Source of the DNA: a bacterium
Lineage (GTDB): Bacteria > UBA10199 > 2-02-FULL-44-16 > JAAZCA01
Assembly (NCBI GenBank): GCA_963674695.2
Contig: CAXXGI010000001.1
Span: forward strand, 1 to 64,000
DNA length: 64,000 nt
Direction of reading: 5' to 3'
Shown in pieces: positions 29,467 to 39,197 of the stretch. Under the pieces are notes generated by a model. The model saw nothing but the letters and a program-made list of their open reading frames with translations. It was not told the DNA's origin and did not search any database. A program made the position numbers and the translations under genes. Positions within the stretch are counted from its first letter, which is position 1, and each line of letters starts with the position of its first letter.

Positions 29467-29724
29467 CTACTTGCAGCAAGAGCAAGAGGCCATCTTGTTG
29501 TGGATCCAGGCAAAGATCAGGCCGATGACAAACCCATCGATGAAGGCCAGCACCATGCCCAGGATGAGCCCGCCGATCGTCGGCGAGATCCAACCGAAGT
29601 AGAACTGGCTGAGCAGATCATGCGGAACCATCCCGATGCCAAGCAGAGCGATAACGACCGCCCAACCTGCAAAGAGCGCCCAGACCACACCCAGTGCCAC
29701 CGCAAATCCCTTGATACTCAGCAT
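29467..29724 (-). CDS. Small two-helix membrane protein (resembles a family often annotated as holin-like)
   Basis: K.FA.ALG..W...G.I.G...AFIDG...G.IFAW.HN pattern; GGGGG RBS. Confidence 0.7.
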   Translation of the reverse strand: MLSIKGFAVALGVVWALFAGWAVVIALLGIGMVPHDLLSQFYFGWISPTIGGLILGMVLAFIDGFVIGLIFAWIHNKMASCSCCK

Positions 29725-29789
29725 ATCCCCCCCTTTACCGTTGTGGTTGATAACCCGAGAGGGAAAATACCATTTTTCTCAGGAGGTCG

Positions 29790-30356
29790 CTACCAGTTTC
29801 TGGAGCGGCAGATACCGGAGGGAGAACACTGGACGGGACAGGCATACCATAAGCCCCGCATGTATTTGCGGGCACCGTGCTCGAGCTCGAGAAAGTCTTC
29901 GCGATAGGGATATTTGCCCTTGCGACGAGCGAAGGCAAAGCCCTTCTCGACCAGCCAGGCGTTGATGATGGTGCCGTCATAAAAGAGGTAGATCCGACGT
30001 CGGCCGTGTTTGTCGCGACGCGAACCCTGAAGCTTCTCATAGGTGTAGGTCACCCGTTTTCCCAGAATCTTCTGCGACAGCGCAGCAGCCGACTCCTGTG
30101 CGTAACAGTCGCTCCCTGCGCTCTCCGGCGCGTCCACACCGAGCAGATACATCCGCTTTCCATCGATCTTGATCGTATCGGCATCGATCACGGCCGTGAC
30201 CGTCCCGGTCAGCTCCCCCGCATAGACGATCGGCAAGCCCTCGATCGAGACCTCACCCCCCTCGATCGCGTTGTCGCGCGAATCCCCGGGATGATCAGCG
30301 GCCCCGGCGGAACCGGCCAGGGCCACGAACACAATGATGAGCAGACATCGACGCAT
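29790..30356 (-). CDS. Exported thermonuclease (SNase) family protein
   Basis: Signal peptide; VIDADTI, LLGVDAPE, DKHGR, INAWLVEKGFA, AR...RGLW. Confidence 0.88.
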   Translation of the reverse strand: MRRCLLIIVFVALAGSAGAADHPGDSRDNAIEGGEVSIEGLPIVYAGELTGTVTAVIDADTIKIDGKRMYLLGVDAPESAGSDCYAQESAAALSQKILGKRVTYTYEKLQGSRRDKHGRRRIYLFYDGTIINAWLVEKGFAFARRKGKYPYREDFLELEHGARKYMRGLWYACPVQCSPSGICRSRNW

Positions 30357-30405
30357 ATGAACGATTCCTCCCTCTTCAAGGGCGTATCCCTACCCACCGG
30401 AAGGA

Positions 30406-30954
30406 TTAATTCAAGGGAAAAGCACCCAGCGGCGCCCCCGCAGATATCCGCCGATGCGTCTGCCCTTCAGGACGTTGACCCCTTTTCCCCTTCTGTTCAT
30501 CGCCACGCCCCTTCTTCCGGCGATCAGACCCCTTGCCCCGCATCGCCTTGAGTTTGCGATATTGCTCCTGGCTCATGACCGAACGAATACGGACGAGCCC
30601 CTCCATGCGCTGACGCGAGAGTTTTGCGCGAACCGCCTCGATCTTATCCACGACCTTGAGCGCCGCCGCTGAATCGAACGCCTTCGCATCGAGCAGGTTC
30701 TCCAGGTCGATCTCGAGGAGTTCCGTCTCGCTCCGAAGTTGAATCGATGTCTTGCGACTTTCGGTGGAGATCTTCTTGATCTGCTCCTGCTGCTCGGAAC
30801 TCAGCGACAGTTGCGCGACTATTTCCTCGTTCTGCCACCACGATCCATGGGGCATGCCCATCCCCTTGCCCGCCCCCCCCTTTTTGACACCGGCGCTGAG
30901 CGGCAGCGACCAGATCAAGACCAGCAGACCAACGACCATGAATGTGCGTTTCAT
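30406..30954 (-). CDS. Periplasmic Spy/CpxP/ZraP-like helical protein
   Basis: Signal peptide; WW...QLSLSSEQQEQIK; VMSQEQYRKL (LTxxQ-like). Confidence 0.8.
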   Translation of the reverse strand: MKRTFMVVGLLVLIWSLPLSAGVKKGGAGKGMGMPHGSWWQNEEIVAQLSLSSEQQEQIKKISTESRKTSIQLRSETELLEIDLENLLDAKAFDSAAALKVVDKIEAVRAKLSRQRMEGLVRIRSVMSQEQYRKLKAMRGKGSDRRKKGRGDEQKGKRGQRPEGQTHRRISAGAPLGAFPLN

Positions 30955-31340
30955 AACGCCTCCTCTGCCCCCTCGCCGGGAACGATGAATTCGATGACCC
31001 CCTCGAAATCGCCCTCGTCATCAAAGCCGTTGAGGACATAGAGGCCATCGGGAATATAAGTGCTGTATGAATTGCTGAAGAGCTGCTCGACGGTGATAGA
31101 TTCGGACTCGACCGCGACGGTCGGCACGCGATCGCTCGAGGGCCAACTCAGGATACCGATGATCGCCAACACCAGCACTGCCGCCGCGGCATACGCCGGC
31201 ACGAATCGAAAACGCCGCACCGGCGCCATCCTTCGCCGCCGATCGATGGATGCGCGCTGCTGCTCCCAATCGACGCCGAGACGATCGATATCGATCGCAA
31301 ACTCCTTCCGAATCCGCATGTCATCATCATCGCGTTTCAT
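30951..31340 (-). CDS. Putative single-pass anti-sigma factor
   Basis: One TM helix; overlaps the ECF sigma stop and the Spy-like start. Confidence 0.65.
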   Translation of the reverse strand: MKRDDDDMRIRKEFAIDIDRLGVDWEQQRASIDRRRRMAPVRRFRFVPAYAAAAVLVLAIIGILSWPSSDRVPTVAVESESITVEQLFSNSYSTYIPDGLYVLNGFDDEGDFEGVIEFIVPGEGAEEAL

Positions 31341-31905
31341 CGGCATCCCCCTTTCCCACGCGTCGTCGCAAACCCGCCAGTTTCGTACGCGCACGCGTCC
31401 AGTGCGTCTTGGCACTCGAAACGCTCATACTGAGGGCATGAGCGATCTCGGCGAAGGTCATCTCCTCGCCCGCCCGCAGCTGAACGACCAGGCGCTCCCG
31501 ATCCGACAACCGCGCCTGTTGCCAGACATCGAAGAGGCGCATCATTTCATTCCGCCCCGCCAACACTTCAGGCGATGCCTCAACGGATGCCTGATCATCG
31601 GCCGGCGACACAGCGGCACCAAACCAGGCGCGAATGCGTCGAAACCGGCGCCGATCGCGGGCCTCGTTGACCGCTGTCCGCACCAGCCATGCCCCGACCG
31701 CCTCCGGATCTGAAATCGTTTCGATGTGCCCCATGAGCTTCACAAACGCCTCCTGCGTCACCTCATCGGCCTCCTCGACCGATCCCGAAACCACCAGGGC
31801 CGCGGCGAAGATCCGCCGCTGAAAACGCCCAACGAGCTCCCTCCAGGCCATCTCGTCACCCCCCGCAGCCCTGCGTACGATGTCGGACACCTCTTTGATC
31901 TGCAT
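31327..31905 (-). CDS. ECF RNA polymerase sigma factor
   Basis: GD..AW.ELV.R, ADEVTQEAF, AWL.R.AVN..RD, EIA..L..S.SSAK....RAR. Confidence 0.92.
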   Translation of the reverse strand: MQIKEVSDIVRRAAGGDEMAWRELVGRFQRRIFAAALVVSGSVEEADEVTQEAFVKLMGHIETISDPEAVGAWLVRTAVNEARDRRRFRRIRAWFGAAVSPADDQASVEASPEVLAGRNEMMRLFDVWQQARLSDRERLVVQLRAGEEMTFAEIAHALSMSVSSAKTHWTRARTKLAGLRRRVGKGDADETR

Positions 31906-31972
31906 GCACTCTCCTCGACGGATGGGCGAAGCATACGGTCGACAGGAAAACGATGCACATGGTTTTTTTTAT

Positions 31973-32005
31973 AAAAAAAACGGCCCGTCCCTGAGGACGA
32001 GCCGT
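31973..32005 (-). terminator. Intrinsic terminator downstream of the lytic transglycosylase gene
   Basis: Minus strand CGGCTCGTCC-TCAG-GGACGGGCCG-TTTTTTTT. Confidence 0.75.
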
Positions 32006-32026
32006 GATGATCGAAAACGGTCTCTT

Positions 32027-32593
32027 TTATGACAGCGGATGGGCGACGAAGACCTTTTTGTAGGTGTGATAGTGCTTCATCACCTTTTTCACATATCGAC
32101 GCGTCTCGCGATAGGGCGGGATGCCCGCATACTTCTTCACCGCACCCGGGCCCGCATTATAGGCGGCCAGCGTCATCCGGAGATTTCCGCCGAAGCGATT
32201 CATCAGTTCGCGCAGATAGCGCGTTCCGGCATCGATATTCTGGCGCGGATCATAGACGTTGCGCAGTTTCAGGTGCCGCTGTGTCGGCGGATTGATCTGC
32301 ATCAGCCCCTTGGCGCCGACCGGTGACTGCGCGCGCGGATTGAAGTTCGATTCCGCATGAATCACCGCCGCCACCAGCGCCGGATGCACATGATGTTCGC
32401 TCGCCGCCGCGTTGATCGCGTCAGCGAACTTCACCTGCGCCCCCATCTTTCCGGCAACCCGTTTCACCTGCGCCGTAAAGGCCTTGCGCTCAACGTGTTG
32501 TCCATAGGCAAAGCAGGCCACATAGATGAGCGCTATGCCCGCCAGATTGAGACCCAACCGAACCCACCCCATGTTGTCGTTTTGTTTTCGCAT
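32027..32593 (-). CDS. Lytic transglycosylase (SLT domain) with N-terminal membrane anchor
   Basis: LVAAVIHAESNFNP.A.S..GA.GLMQI, NI.AG.RYL, LAAYNAGPG, ETRRYV; start is 32593 or 32572. Confidence 0.92.
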   Translation of the reverse strand: MRKQNDNMGWVRLGLNLAGIALIYVACFAYGQHVERKAFTAQVKRVAGKMGAQVKFADAINAAASEHHVHPALVAAVIHAESNFNPRAQSPVGAKGLMQINPPTQRHLKLRNVYDPRQNIDAGTRYLRELMNRFGGNLRMTLAAYNAGPGAVKKYAGIPPYRETRRYVKKVMKHYHTYKKVFVAHPLS

Positions 32594-32606
32594 AGGACTG
32601 ATACAA

Positions 32607-32639
32607 AGCAATTTTGATGCCAATTCTAAGTTGTTGATA
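32607..32639 (-). promoter_or_regulatory. Sigma54 promoter with adjacent IHF-consensus site
   Basis: TTGGCAT-CAAAA-TTGCT (32623-32607); TATCAACAACTTA matches WATCAANNNNTTR just upstream. Confidence 0.75.
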
Positions 32640-32798
32640 TCACCGTTGATTATAGTATTTCTTCCGCCCCACTTGCGGTGGGCTCCCCCCACCGTCAAGG
32701 GCGAGCACCCCACCGGGATCCGCTGAAGCGACACGCCCATATAATGATGCCATCGCACCTGTCACGACGCGGTGCATTCTCATCTCTGCCGGGGCCAT
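32640..32798 (-). CDS. Putative 52-aa small protein
   Basis: GAGGAGG RBS, ATG 32798, TGA 32640; directly downstream of the recurrent promoter motif; below the ORF-track length cutoff. Confidence 0.4.
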   Translation of the reverse strand: MAPAEMRMHRVVTGAMASLYGRVASADPGGVLALDGGGSPPQVGRKKYYNQR

Positions 32799-32825
32799 CC
32801 TCGATCCTCCTCATGTGGCGAGGGG

Positions 32826-32852
32826 ATATCGGCAATCGGCGCAAAAAGTTGC
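32826..32852 (-). promoter_or_regulatory. Recurrent sigma28-like promoter motif (GCAACTT-N12-GCCGATAT)
   Basis: Strong match to both elements. Confidence 0.65.
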
Positions 32853-32898
32853 GTCCAATGTTGGATTGTCGAGAACGGCAAAGGACGACGTTTGACGC

Positions 32899-33621
32899 CT
32901 ATGGGGAGAGAAGAATCGCCTGCCGCAGGCCGGGCATGCGGCGAAAGCAGCCGCCGGCTTTGAGGTGGGCATATACGGCGTCTGCATCGACGACGTGACT
33001 GCCGCAGAGGACGTCGACGCCGAATGCGAAGAGCAGCGGTGAAAGAATGGTGGAGGGACCCAGGAGCATCACGCGCTTTTCTCGCGCGAGGTCGAGCAGG
33101 CCGTCGATGGTATGGTTGATGAGCGTCGTCCCGGTGATCGCTACGACATCGGCTGCGGGAATGATCCGTGGTGCCTCTTCCGCTGGAAGATCTCCCGGGG
33201 CGGGAATGAGTTCCAAAATCTTCAGATCCGCGGCGACCGAGCGCAGCCGCTCGACGAAGGGAAAGTGTCCGACGACGACCACGCGTTTTCCCGCACCCCA
33301 CTCGCAGAGCAGGTCGAAGGCGTTGCGTTCGATCGCATCGGGCGTCGGTGCGACCACGGCATTCATCGCGGCCACACCGACGGAGGCCTCGAGAAACGAT
33401 GACGATCGCGCAAGCGCCGCCACCTCCTGCACAGGCCGACCGCACAACACGGCCACATCCGGCATCGCCTCGCCCGCGTCGATTGCGCGTTCGAAAAAAC
33501 TCGAGGCCAGCCCCGCACCCCGATCGGTCTCGACGATCGTTCCACGGGGAAGGATCTGGACCTCGCGAACCATCGCATCAGAGGAGATGGCGTCGACAAG
33601 GGTATCGATGATGGTGGACAT
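32899..33621 (-). CDS. DUF364 / Rossmann-like putative heavy-metal chelation protein
   Basis: ASVGVAAMNA, VVVGHFP, ADVVAITGTTLINHTIDGLL, LLGPST; AGGGGAG RBS. Confidence 0.85.
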   Translation of the reverse strand: MSTIIDTLVDAISSDAMVREVQILPRGTIVETDRGAGLASSFFERAIDAGEAMPDVAVLCGRPVQEVAALARSSSFLEASVGVAAMNAVVAPTPDAIERNAFDLLCEWGAGKRVVVVGHFPFVERLRSVAADLKILELIPAPGDLPAEEAPRIIPAADVVAITGTTLINHTIDGLLDLAREKRVMLLGPSTILSPLLFAFGVDVLCGSHVVDADAVYAHLKAGGCFRRMPGLRQAILLSP

Positions 33622-33725
33622 TGCTCCCCCTATAGCGACCCTCCGCGAACGGAACAACCCCTTTCTCGGCATGACTTCCCGATCCAAAATCGCTATAGTA
33701 GCCCCTGTTGGGGATGCTGGTTTTT

Positions 33726-33821
33726 GTCATTCCCGCGAAGGCGGGAATCTCGATTTTTCAAGCACAGCGAGATTCCCGCCGGAGTTTACCCTCGAATGAT
33801 TTAATCGGGGGCGGGAATGAC
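33726..33821. repeat. REP-like palindromic element with enlarged second loop
   Basis: GTCATTCCCGCGAAGGCGGGAATCTCG...GCGGGAATGAC; nearly identical to 63278-63373. Confidence 0.9.
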
Positions 33822-33884
33822 AACAATAATTCTTTTCCCAACAGGTACGATAGTGTCGCCTTCACCGGTATTGGAGGAATTCCC

Positions 33885-35054
33885 ATGCACTTTCCCCGCC
33901 TCGAACGCCTGCCCCCGTACGCCCTGGCAGAGGTCGCCGCCTGGATGAAGGGCGCACGCCGCGACGGCCACGACATCATCAACCTCGGCATGGGCAATCC
34001 GGATCTGCCTACGCCCGCCCACATCGTCGACAAACTCTGCGAAGCAGCGACAAAACCCGCCAACCATTGTTATTCGGTTTCGCGCGGCATTCCGAAACTT
34101 CGCGAAGCGATCTGCGCGCGCTATCGCCACCGCTTCGGTGTGGAGCTCGACCCGGAGACGGAAGCGATCACCGTGCTGGGCACGAAGGAGGGGCTCTCCC
34201 ATCTGGTCCTGGCGGCCACCGGCCCGGGCGAAGTCGTGCTGGCGCCAAACCCCACCTACCCCATCCACGCCTATTCGGTCGTCATCGCGGGCGCGGATCT
34301 GCGCAGCGTTCGCATCGGCCCCGAAGAGGATTTTCTGGCCAACCTCGATCGCGCCTATCATGGCAGCTGGCCTCGACCGAAGCTCGCCATCGTCTCCTTC
34401 CCCGCCAACCCGACGACCGTCTGCGTCGATCGCGCCTTTCTCGAGAAACTCGTCAGCTTTGCGCGCGAACACGAACTGCGGCTCATCCATGACCTGGCCT
34501 ATGCCGATCTCTGCTTCGACGGCTACCGCGCGCCCTCGATCCTCGAGATCGATGGCGCACGCGAGGTCGCCGTCGAGTTCTATTCGATGTCGAAGGGGTT
34601 TTCGATGGCCGGCTGGCGCGTCGGCTTCTGTGTGGGCAATCGTGAGATGGTCGCCGCGCTCGGTCGCATCAAGAGCTATCTCGACTACGGCATGTTTCAA
34701 CCGGTCCAGATCGCGGCGACCGTGGCGCTTCAGCAGGACGACACCTGTGTGCGCGAGATCGCCGACGTCTATTGCACGCGTCGCGATGTCCTGTGCGATG
34801 GACTGGCGCGCATCGGGTGGAACGTGCAGCGCCCCGCCGCGACGATGTTCGTGTGGGCACCGATCCCGGAGGCCTTTCGCGCAGAGGGGTCATCGGCATT
34901 CGCGCACCGCCTCCTCGATGAAGCCCATGTCGCGGTCTCGCCCGGCATCGGTTTCGGAGACGCCGGCGAGGGATTCGTGCGCTTCGCGCTCGTGGAAAAC
35001 GAGGAACGCATCCGCCAGGCCGTGCGCGGCATCCGGAGGGCCATCGACGCATGA
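33885..35054 (+). CDS. alaC: Class I/II aminotransferase, AlaC-like
   Basis: LPPY, GMGNPD, YSVSRGIPKLR, NPTYPIH, HDLAYAD, SMSKGFSMAGWRVG, IKSYLDYG, VRFALVEN; GGAGG RBS. Confidence 0.9.
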   Translation: MHFPRLERLPPYALAEVAAWMKGARRDGHDIINLGMGNPDLPTPAHIVDKLCEAATKPANHCYSVSRGIPKLREAICARYRHRFGVELDPETEAITVLGTKEGLSHLVLAATGPGEVVLAPNPTYPIHAYSVVIAGADLRSVRIGPEEDFLANLDRAYHGSWPRPKLAIVSFPANPTTVCVDRAFLEKLVSFAREHELRLIHDLAYADLCFDGYRAPSILEIDGAREVAVEFYSMSKGFSMAGWRVGFCVGNREMVAALGRIKSYLDYGMFQPVQIAATVALQQDDTCVREIADVYCTRRDVLCDGLARIGWNVQRPAATMFVWAPIPEAFRAEGSSAFAHRLLDEAHVAVSPGIGFGDAGEGFVRFALVENEERIRQAVRGIRRAIDA

Positions 35055-37096
35055 TGCTCACGCCCACCATCACTCGATGTTGCCGCATCACGCAACGCGA
35101 GATCGTCGCCGTCCTGGGTCTTGTCTGCCTGGCGCTGGTCCTGCTCGGTTCCGAATGGATCGCGCGCACGGAGGATAGTGCCTACCGCCTCGCAGTGCGA
35201 ATCGCCTCTCCCGCCACATCCGCATCGATCGCCGTCGCCCCCATCGATGCCGCCGTCATCGATGCACAGGGCGCGTGGCCCTGGCCCGCGAAGACGATCG
35301 GCACCATCATCGAACAGCTGCGCGCGCGCGGCGCCACGCTCATCGTCCTCGACCCGCAGGTGACGAAAGCCTGGCGCCCACAGGCGAACGCTTCGCAGAA
35401 CGAGGATCTCGCCGCCGGATATCAATTCGTGACGGAGCACGCCGAAGCAATCGATGCCGTCGATATCGCCGCGCTCGCCGAAGCGTGGGGATTCCCCACG
35501 AGCCCCGAACACGGCTCACTGATCCCGAAGGCGGCGGGCATCGATGCCAAAGAACTGCTCCCGGCACAGACACAGATCGCTCAAGGCTTCGTCCACGTCC
35601 TCCCCGACGCCGACGGCACCACGCGTCGCACTGCGTTTGCCATGCGCCTGGACGGCCACGCCTTTCCCTCGCTCGCCCTCGTCGCCGCCGCGCGCCGCAA
35701 GGGCTTCACGCCGATCCTCACCCAGGACGCGAAAGGACATGCGAGCGGCATCTCCATCGGCGGGGTCCGCATTCACACCGGCGCCGATGCACGCGCCGCC
35801 ATCGCCTTTCGCCGAACCGAGAGCATCCCAACGATCTCCGTGGCCGAGCTCCTGTCGAGATCGAACGCACCCGCACCCATCGACGCACAGACCGTCCTGG
35901 TCGGCGTCGTCGATCCGGCGATCGTCGCGCCCGTGGTGACCCCGTTGGGAACGATGTCGATCATCCATCTGGAAGCGCAGGTCATGGAGGACCTCATGGC
36001 CGGAGGGATGTTGCGGCTGCTCACGGGGATGATTCCTCGAGCGCTCCTCATCATTTTCCTGACCGGACTCTGGGCGTTCGCCATCGTACAACTGCGCCCC
36101 TGGACACAGATCCTGGCCGCCATCGGCATCGCCGGCGCACTGGGAATCGGTTCCATCCTGCTCGTACAATGGGCCGGGGTGCAGTTGCCGACAGTCACGC
36201 TGTTGGCAATGACCGCCATCCTGTTCACCTCTGCAGGATGGGCAAACCTGATCGCACGCATCATTCCACGCCGACTGCTCCTCCGTCATTTTCGCCATCG
36301 GCTGAATCGTCGTTCGATCGAGGCGATCCTCGCAGACCCCTCCTGTCTCGCCCCTTCGACGCCCCTGCACGAAGCCACCGTCCTCGTCGTCGACATCAAG
36401 GGGTTCGGCGCCATCAGCGGACGACTCACGCCCCGCACGCTCGCACGCTTCGTGCGCCTCTGGCGCACGCTCGTGAGCGACACCCTCACCGAAGCGGGCG
36501 CGCTGATCGACTCGTGGGCGGGGGATGAATGTCGCGCAATCTTCGGCGCGCCGGTGGCGATGCCCGATCACGCACAGCAGGCCTGCCGTGCCGCGCTCAC
36601 GTTGCGCGCGAGCATCGCCGCACAACGCGAGGCATGGGCTCAAGACTTCGGCATCGAGGGATTTCGGATCGGCATCGGCATTCAGACAGGGCAGGCCACG
36701 GCGCACGACCTCGGACCCGAACGCGCATTCGAATACGGCGCGGTGGGTCCGGCGGTGGAGGCGGCCATGCAGCTGCGCGCGCTCTGTCGGGCGTATGGAA
36801 CGACGATCCTTGTCGGAGAGCTCACGCAGGCCGCATGCATCGGCACGCTCGCCTTCCGCCGACTCGATGCGGTGCAGCTGCGCGGTGAGGAGAACCCATC
36901 GCCGCTCTTTGAGCTCATCGGCGAACACGGCATCATCCTACCGCAGCGGGAGGCGTTTCAATCGGGCCTTGAAGCCTATCTCGCGGGAAACTATGAAGAC
37001 GCCGCATTCGCCTTCCAAAGCATCGTCGCCGAATATCCGAACGACGGCCCCGCACGCCTCTTCCTCGCCCGAGCACGGAAGCACCGCGACTCGTAA
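35051..37096 (+). CDS. CHASE2-TM-class III nucleotide cyclase-like protein with degenerate active site and TPR-like tail
   Basis: WPWP, DADG..RR, 3 TMs, VDIKGF, DSWAGDE, IGIGIQTG; VGPAVEAAMQL replaces canonical IGDTVNLASRL. Confidence 0.85.
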   Translation: MMLTPTITRCCRITQREIVAVLGLVCLALVLLGSEWIARTEDSAYRLAVRIASPATSASIAVAPIDAAVIDAQGAWPWPAKTIGTIIEQLRARGATLIVLDPQVTKAWRPQANASQNEDLAAGYQFVTEHAEAIDAVDIAALAEAWGFPTSPEHGSLIPKAAGIDAKELLPAQTQIAQGFVHVLPDADGTTRRTAFAMRLDGHAFPSLALVAAARRKGFTPILTQDAKGHASGISIGGVRIHTGADARAAIAFRRTESIPTISVAELLSRSNAPAPIDAQTVLVGVVDPAIVAPVVTPLGTMSIIHLEAQVMEDLMAGGMLRLLTGMIPRALLIIFLTGLWAFAIVQLRPWTQILAAIGIAGALGIGSILLVQWAGVQLPTVTLLAMTAILFTSAGWANLIARIIPRRLLLRHFRHRLNRRSIEAILADPSCLAPSTPLHEATVLVVDIKGFGAISGRLTPRTLARFVRLWRTLVSDTLTEAGALIDSWAGDECRAIFGAPVAMPDHAQQACRAALTLRASIAAQREAWAQDFGIEGFRIGIGIQTGQATAHDLGPERAFEYGAVGPAVEAAMQLRALCRAYGTTILVGELTQAACIGTLAFRRLDAVQLRGEENPSPLFELIGEHGIILPQREAFQSGLEAYLAGNYEDAAFAFQSIVAEYPNDGPARLFLARARKHRDS

Positions 37097-37130
37097 CTCG
37101 TAACTCGTGACTCGTGACTCGTAACTCGTA
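37089..37130. repeat. Heptamer tandem repeat (ACTCGTR) x6
   Basis: Read directly; the first unit junction supplies the TAA stop of the cyclase gene. Confidence 0.9.
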
Positions 37131-37171
37131 AGAGCGTAGTCGCCGCGAGGGTGATGACAAATCCTAGCGTT

Positions 37172-37244
37172 GTCATCCCCGCGAAAGCGGGGATCTCGAT
37201 GGACCATGACAATCGAGATTCCCGCTTACCCCCGCGGGAATGAC
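37172..37244. repeat. REP-like palindromic element
   Basis: GTCATCCCCGCGAAAGCGGGGATCTCGAT...ATCGAGATTCCCGC...GCGGGAATGAC. Confidence 0.9.
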
Positions 37245-37268
37245 ACTTTTTCGGAATATGACCGGCAC

Positions 37269-38393
37269 CTACAACACTTCAAGCTGCTTTGGAAATCCGG
37301 CGATCAGGTTGCATCCGGTCTTCGTGATCTGCACCAAATCCTCGATGCGCACGCCGCCGATGTCGGGATAGTAGAGGCCGGGCTCCACGCTCATGACGGT
37401 GCCGGCCTCGAGGGTGTAGTGGCGCATGTTGATGCGCGCCGGCTCCTCATGCACCTCGAGCCCGATCGAGTGACCGGTGCCGTGAAAGAAACCGACCTGA
37501 CGCCCGCGGCGTTCCTCGGTCGGATAGCCGCATTCGGTAAAATAGTTCTGAATCTCCCGATGGACCGCGTTGCCGTCTACGCCCGCACGGATGCGATCGA
37601 GTCCCAACTGTTGCCCCTGACGAACGATGGCATACATCTCCTTGAGCGCCTCAGGCGCACGCCCGCGACAGAAGGTACGCGTGGCATCGCCGCAATAACG
37701 CGTCTTCATCGACTGCGGAAAGATGTCGACGATGATCGAACCATGCGCATGCAGGGGACCGGAGCCCTCGTCGTGCGGATCACAGGCATGTTTTCCGCTG
37801 GAGACGATGACCGCCCCCGCAGCATATCCCTTTTCGAGCAAAAGGATGCTGATCATCGTGCGCAAACGCTCCGAGGTGAGCGCCTTCCCCCGAAGGAGCA
37901 AACGATTCCCTTTGATACGACTGGCCTTCAACGTATCGCGCGCGAGGCGGATAGCCGCGAAGACCACTCGCTGTGCCTGCGTGATGCAGCGCAACTCCTC
38001 GGCCGTCTTGACGATGCGTTCGGGGAAAAAGGGCTGACCGCCGGACTGAACGTGATACCCCTTGTCGCGCAGCGCATCGACGATGGTGAACCCCGTCGTC
38101 TGCGGCACGCAGATCTTTTTCACGCGAAACTCGCGCAGCAGTTCGTCCATGACGTCGGTGATATCCGGTGCGGCGTGCTTGGCCTGCGCGCGCTTGAGAT
38201 ATCGCGACAGCGGCAACACCTCGTCGACGCAGGACTGCGCGCGCGCGCGGTCGATCTCTAACTCACTCGCGACGATCAAACGCTTTCCGCGCACCTGTAA
38301 GAAGAGAAACGGATCGGGCGCCAAAAACCGTGTGGCGTAATAGAGTTCGGCGTTTTTTTCGGAAATATCGTAGATGAGCTGGGCCTGTGCCAT
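37269..38393 (-). CDS. Xaa-Pro peptidase family (M24) protein
   Basis: R.VKT.EE, DPH, IVDIFP...YCGDATRT, FFHGTGHSIGLEVHE, SVEPGLY, GVRIED. Confidence 0.94.
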   Translation of the reverse strand: MAQAQLIYDISEKNAELYYATRFLAPDPFLFLQVRGKRLIVASELEIDRARAQSCVDEVLPLSRYLKRAQAKHAAPDITDVMDELLREFRVKKICVPQTTGFTIVDALRDKGYHVQSGGQPFFPERIVKTAEELRCITQAQRVVFAAIRLARDTLKASRIKGNRLLLRGKALTSERLRTMISILLLEKGYAAGAVIVSSGKHACDPHDEGSGPLHAHGSIIVDIFPQSMKTRYCGDATRTFCRGRAPEALKEMYAIVRQGQQLGLDRIRAGVDGNAVHREIQNYFTECGYPTEERRGRQVGFFHGTGHSIGLEVHEEPARINMRHYTLEAGTVMSVEPGLYYPDIGGVRIEDLVQITKTGCNLIAGFPKQLEVL

Positions 38394-38465
38394 AGAAAAA
38401 CTCCCCCTTTACAGTCAACACCCGATACGATAAGCTTCATGAAACTCCCGAACAACTAAACACCC

Positions 38466-39116
38466 ATGAATCCTTTGTCCAACAAAAAGGGACGGTTTGT
38501 CGTGCATATCGGCTTGGCCGTATGCCTCATCGCCCTCTCCATCATGGCCAGTTCCTGCGCCCCCTATCAGGCCGGGCGCCGTCCGCTCCATTACAAAACG
38601 ACCGGGCACGCATCCTGGTATGGACCCGGATTTGCCGGGCGCAAGACCGCCAACGGCGAACGCTTCAACCCGAACAAGCTCACCTGCGCACACAAGACCC
38701 TTCCGTTCAACACGACACTGAAAGTGACCCACGTTGAAAACGGAAAATCCGTCGTCGTGCGCGTGAACGATCGCGGGCCCTTCATCCGTGGACGCGTCAT
38801 CGACCTCTCGAAGGAAGCCGCACGCCGCATCGGGATGCTGGGAAGCGGAACCGCCAAGGTCGAGATCGTCGCCATCGCATCGCCCGAGCAGAGGCGCGCG
38901 ATGAACAAACGCATCGTCATCGCACAGAAGGAAACGCCGCCTGCAACCAAACCCTCCCCCGCCGATGAAGCAGAAAACCCCACCGCCACGAACGCCGACA
39001 TCGGCTCGGTCATCACCGAAGAGAATAGAGCCGAAGAAACACCCGAACCCGACGTCCCCAACCTCGAAGAGATGAACCAACAACAGGCCCCCACCCCTCC
39101 GCCGGATGGGTTTTAA
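38466..39116 (+). CDS. rlpA: RlpA-family lytic transglycosylase lipoprotein (no SPOR domain)
   Basis: ASSC lipobox; [39 protein letters not shown]. Confidence 0.92.
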   Translation: MNPLSNKKGRFVVHIGLAVCLIALSIMASSCAPYQAGRRPLHYKTTGHASWYGPGFAGRKTANGERFNPNKLTCAHKTLPFNTTLKVTHVENGKSVVVRVNDRGPFIRGRVIDLSKEAARRIGMLGSGTAKVEIVAIASPEQRRAMNKRIVIAQKETPPATKPSPADEAENPTATNADIGSVITEENRAEETPEPDVPNLEEMNQQQAPTPPPDGF

Positions 39117-39163
39117 ACCTCTCCTCGTCAATTCAAAACGGCCGGATTTATCCCAGAAATGGC

Positions 39164-39190
39164 ACAACTTTCCCCACTTTGAGCCGAAAA
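39164..39190 (+). promoter_or_regulatory. Recurrent sigma28-like promoter motif (ACAACTT-N12-GCCGAAAA)
   Basis: Ends 7 nt before ATG 39198. Confidence 0.55.
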
Positions 39191-39197
39191 GAAAGGC

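Noticed and set aside
29467-30356. Prophage lysis module (holin-like gene plus nuclease)
   Set aside because: No structural, integrase or endolysin phage genes nearby.
32660-32740. Riboswitch or SRP/6S RNA upstream of the SLT gene
   Set aside because: GC-rich hairpins but no diagnostic motif I recognise; the small ORF explains the region at least as well.
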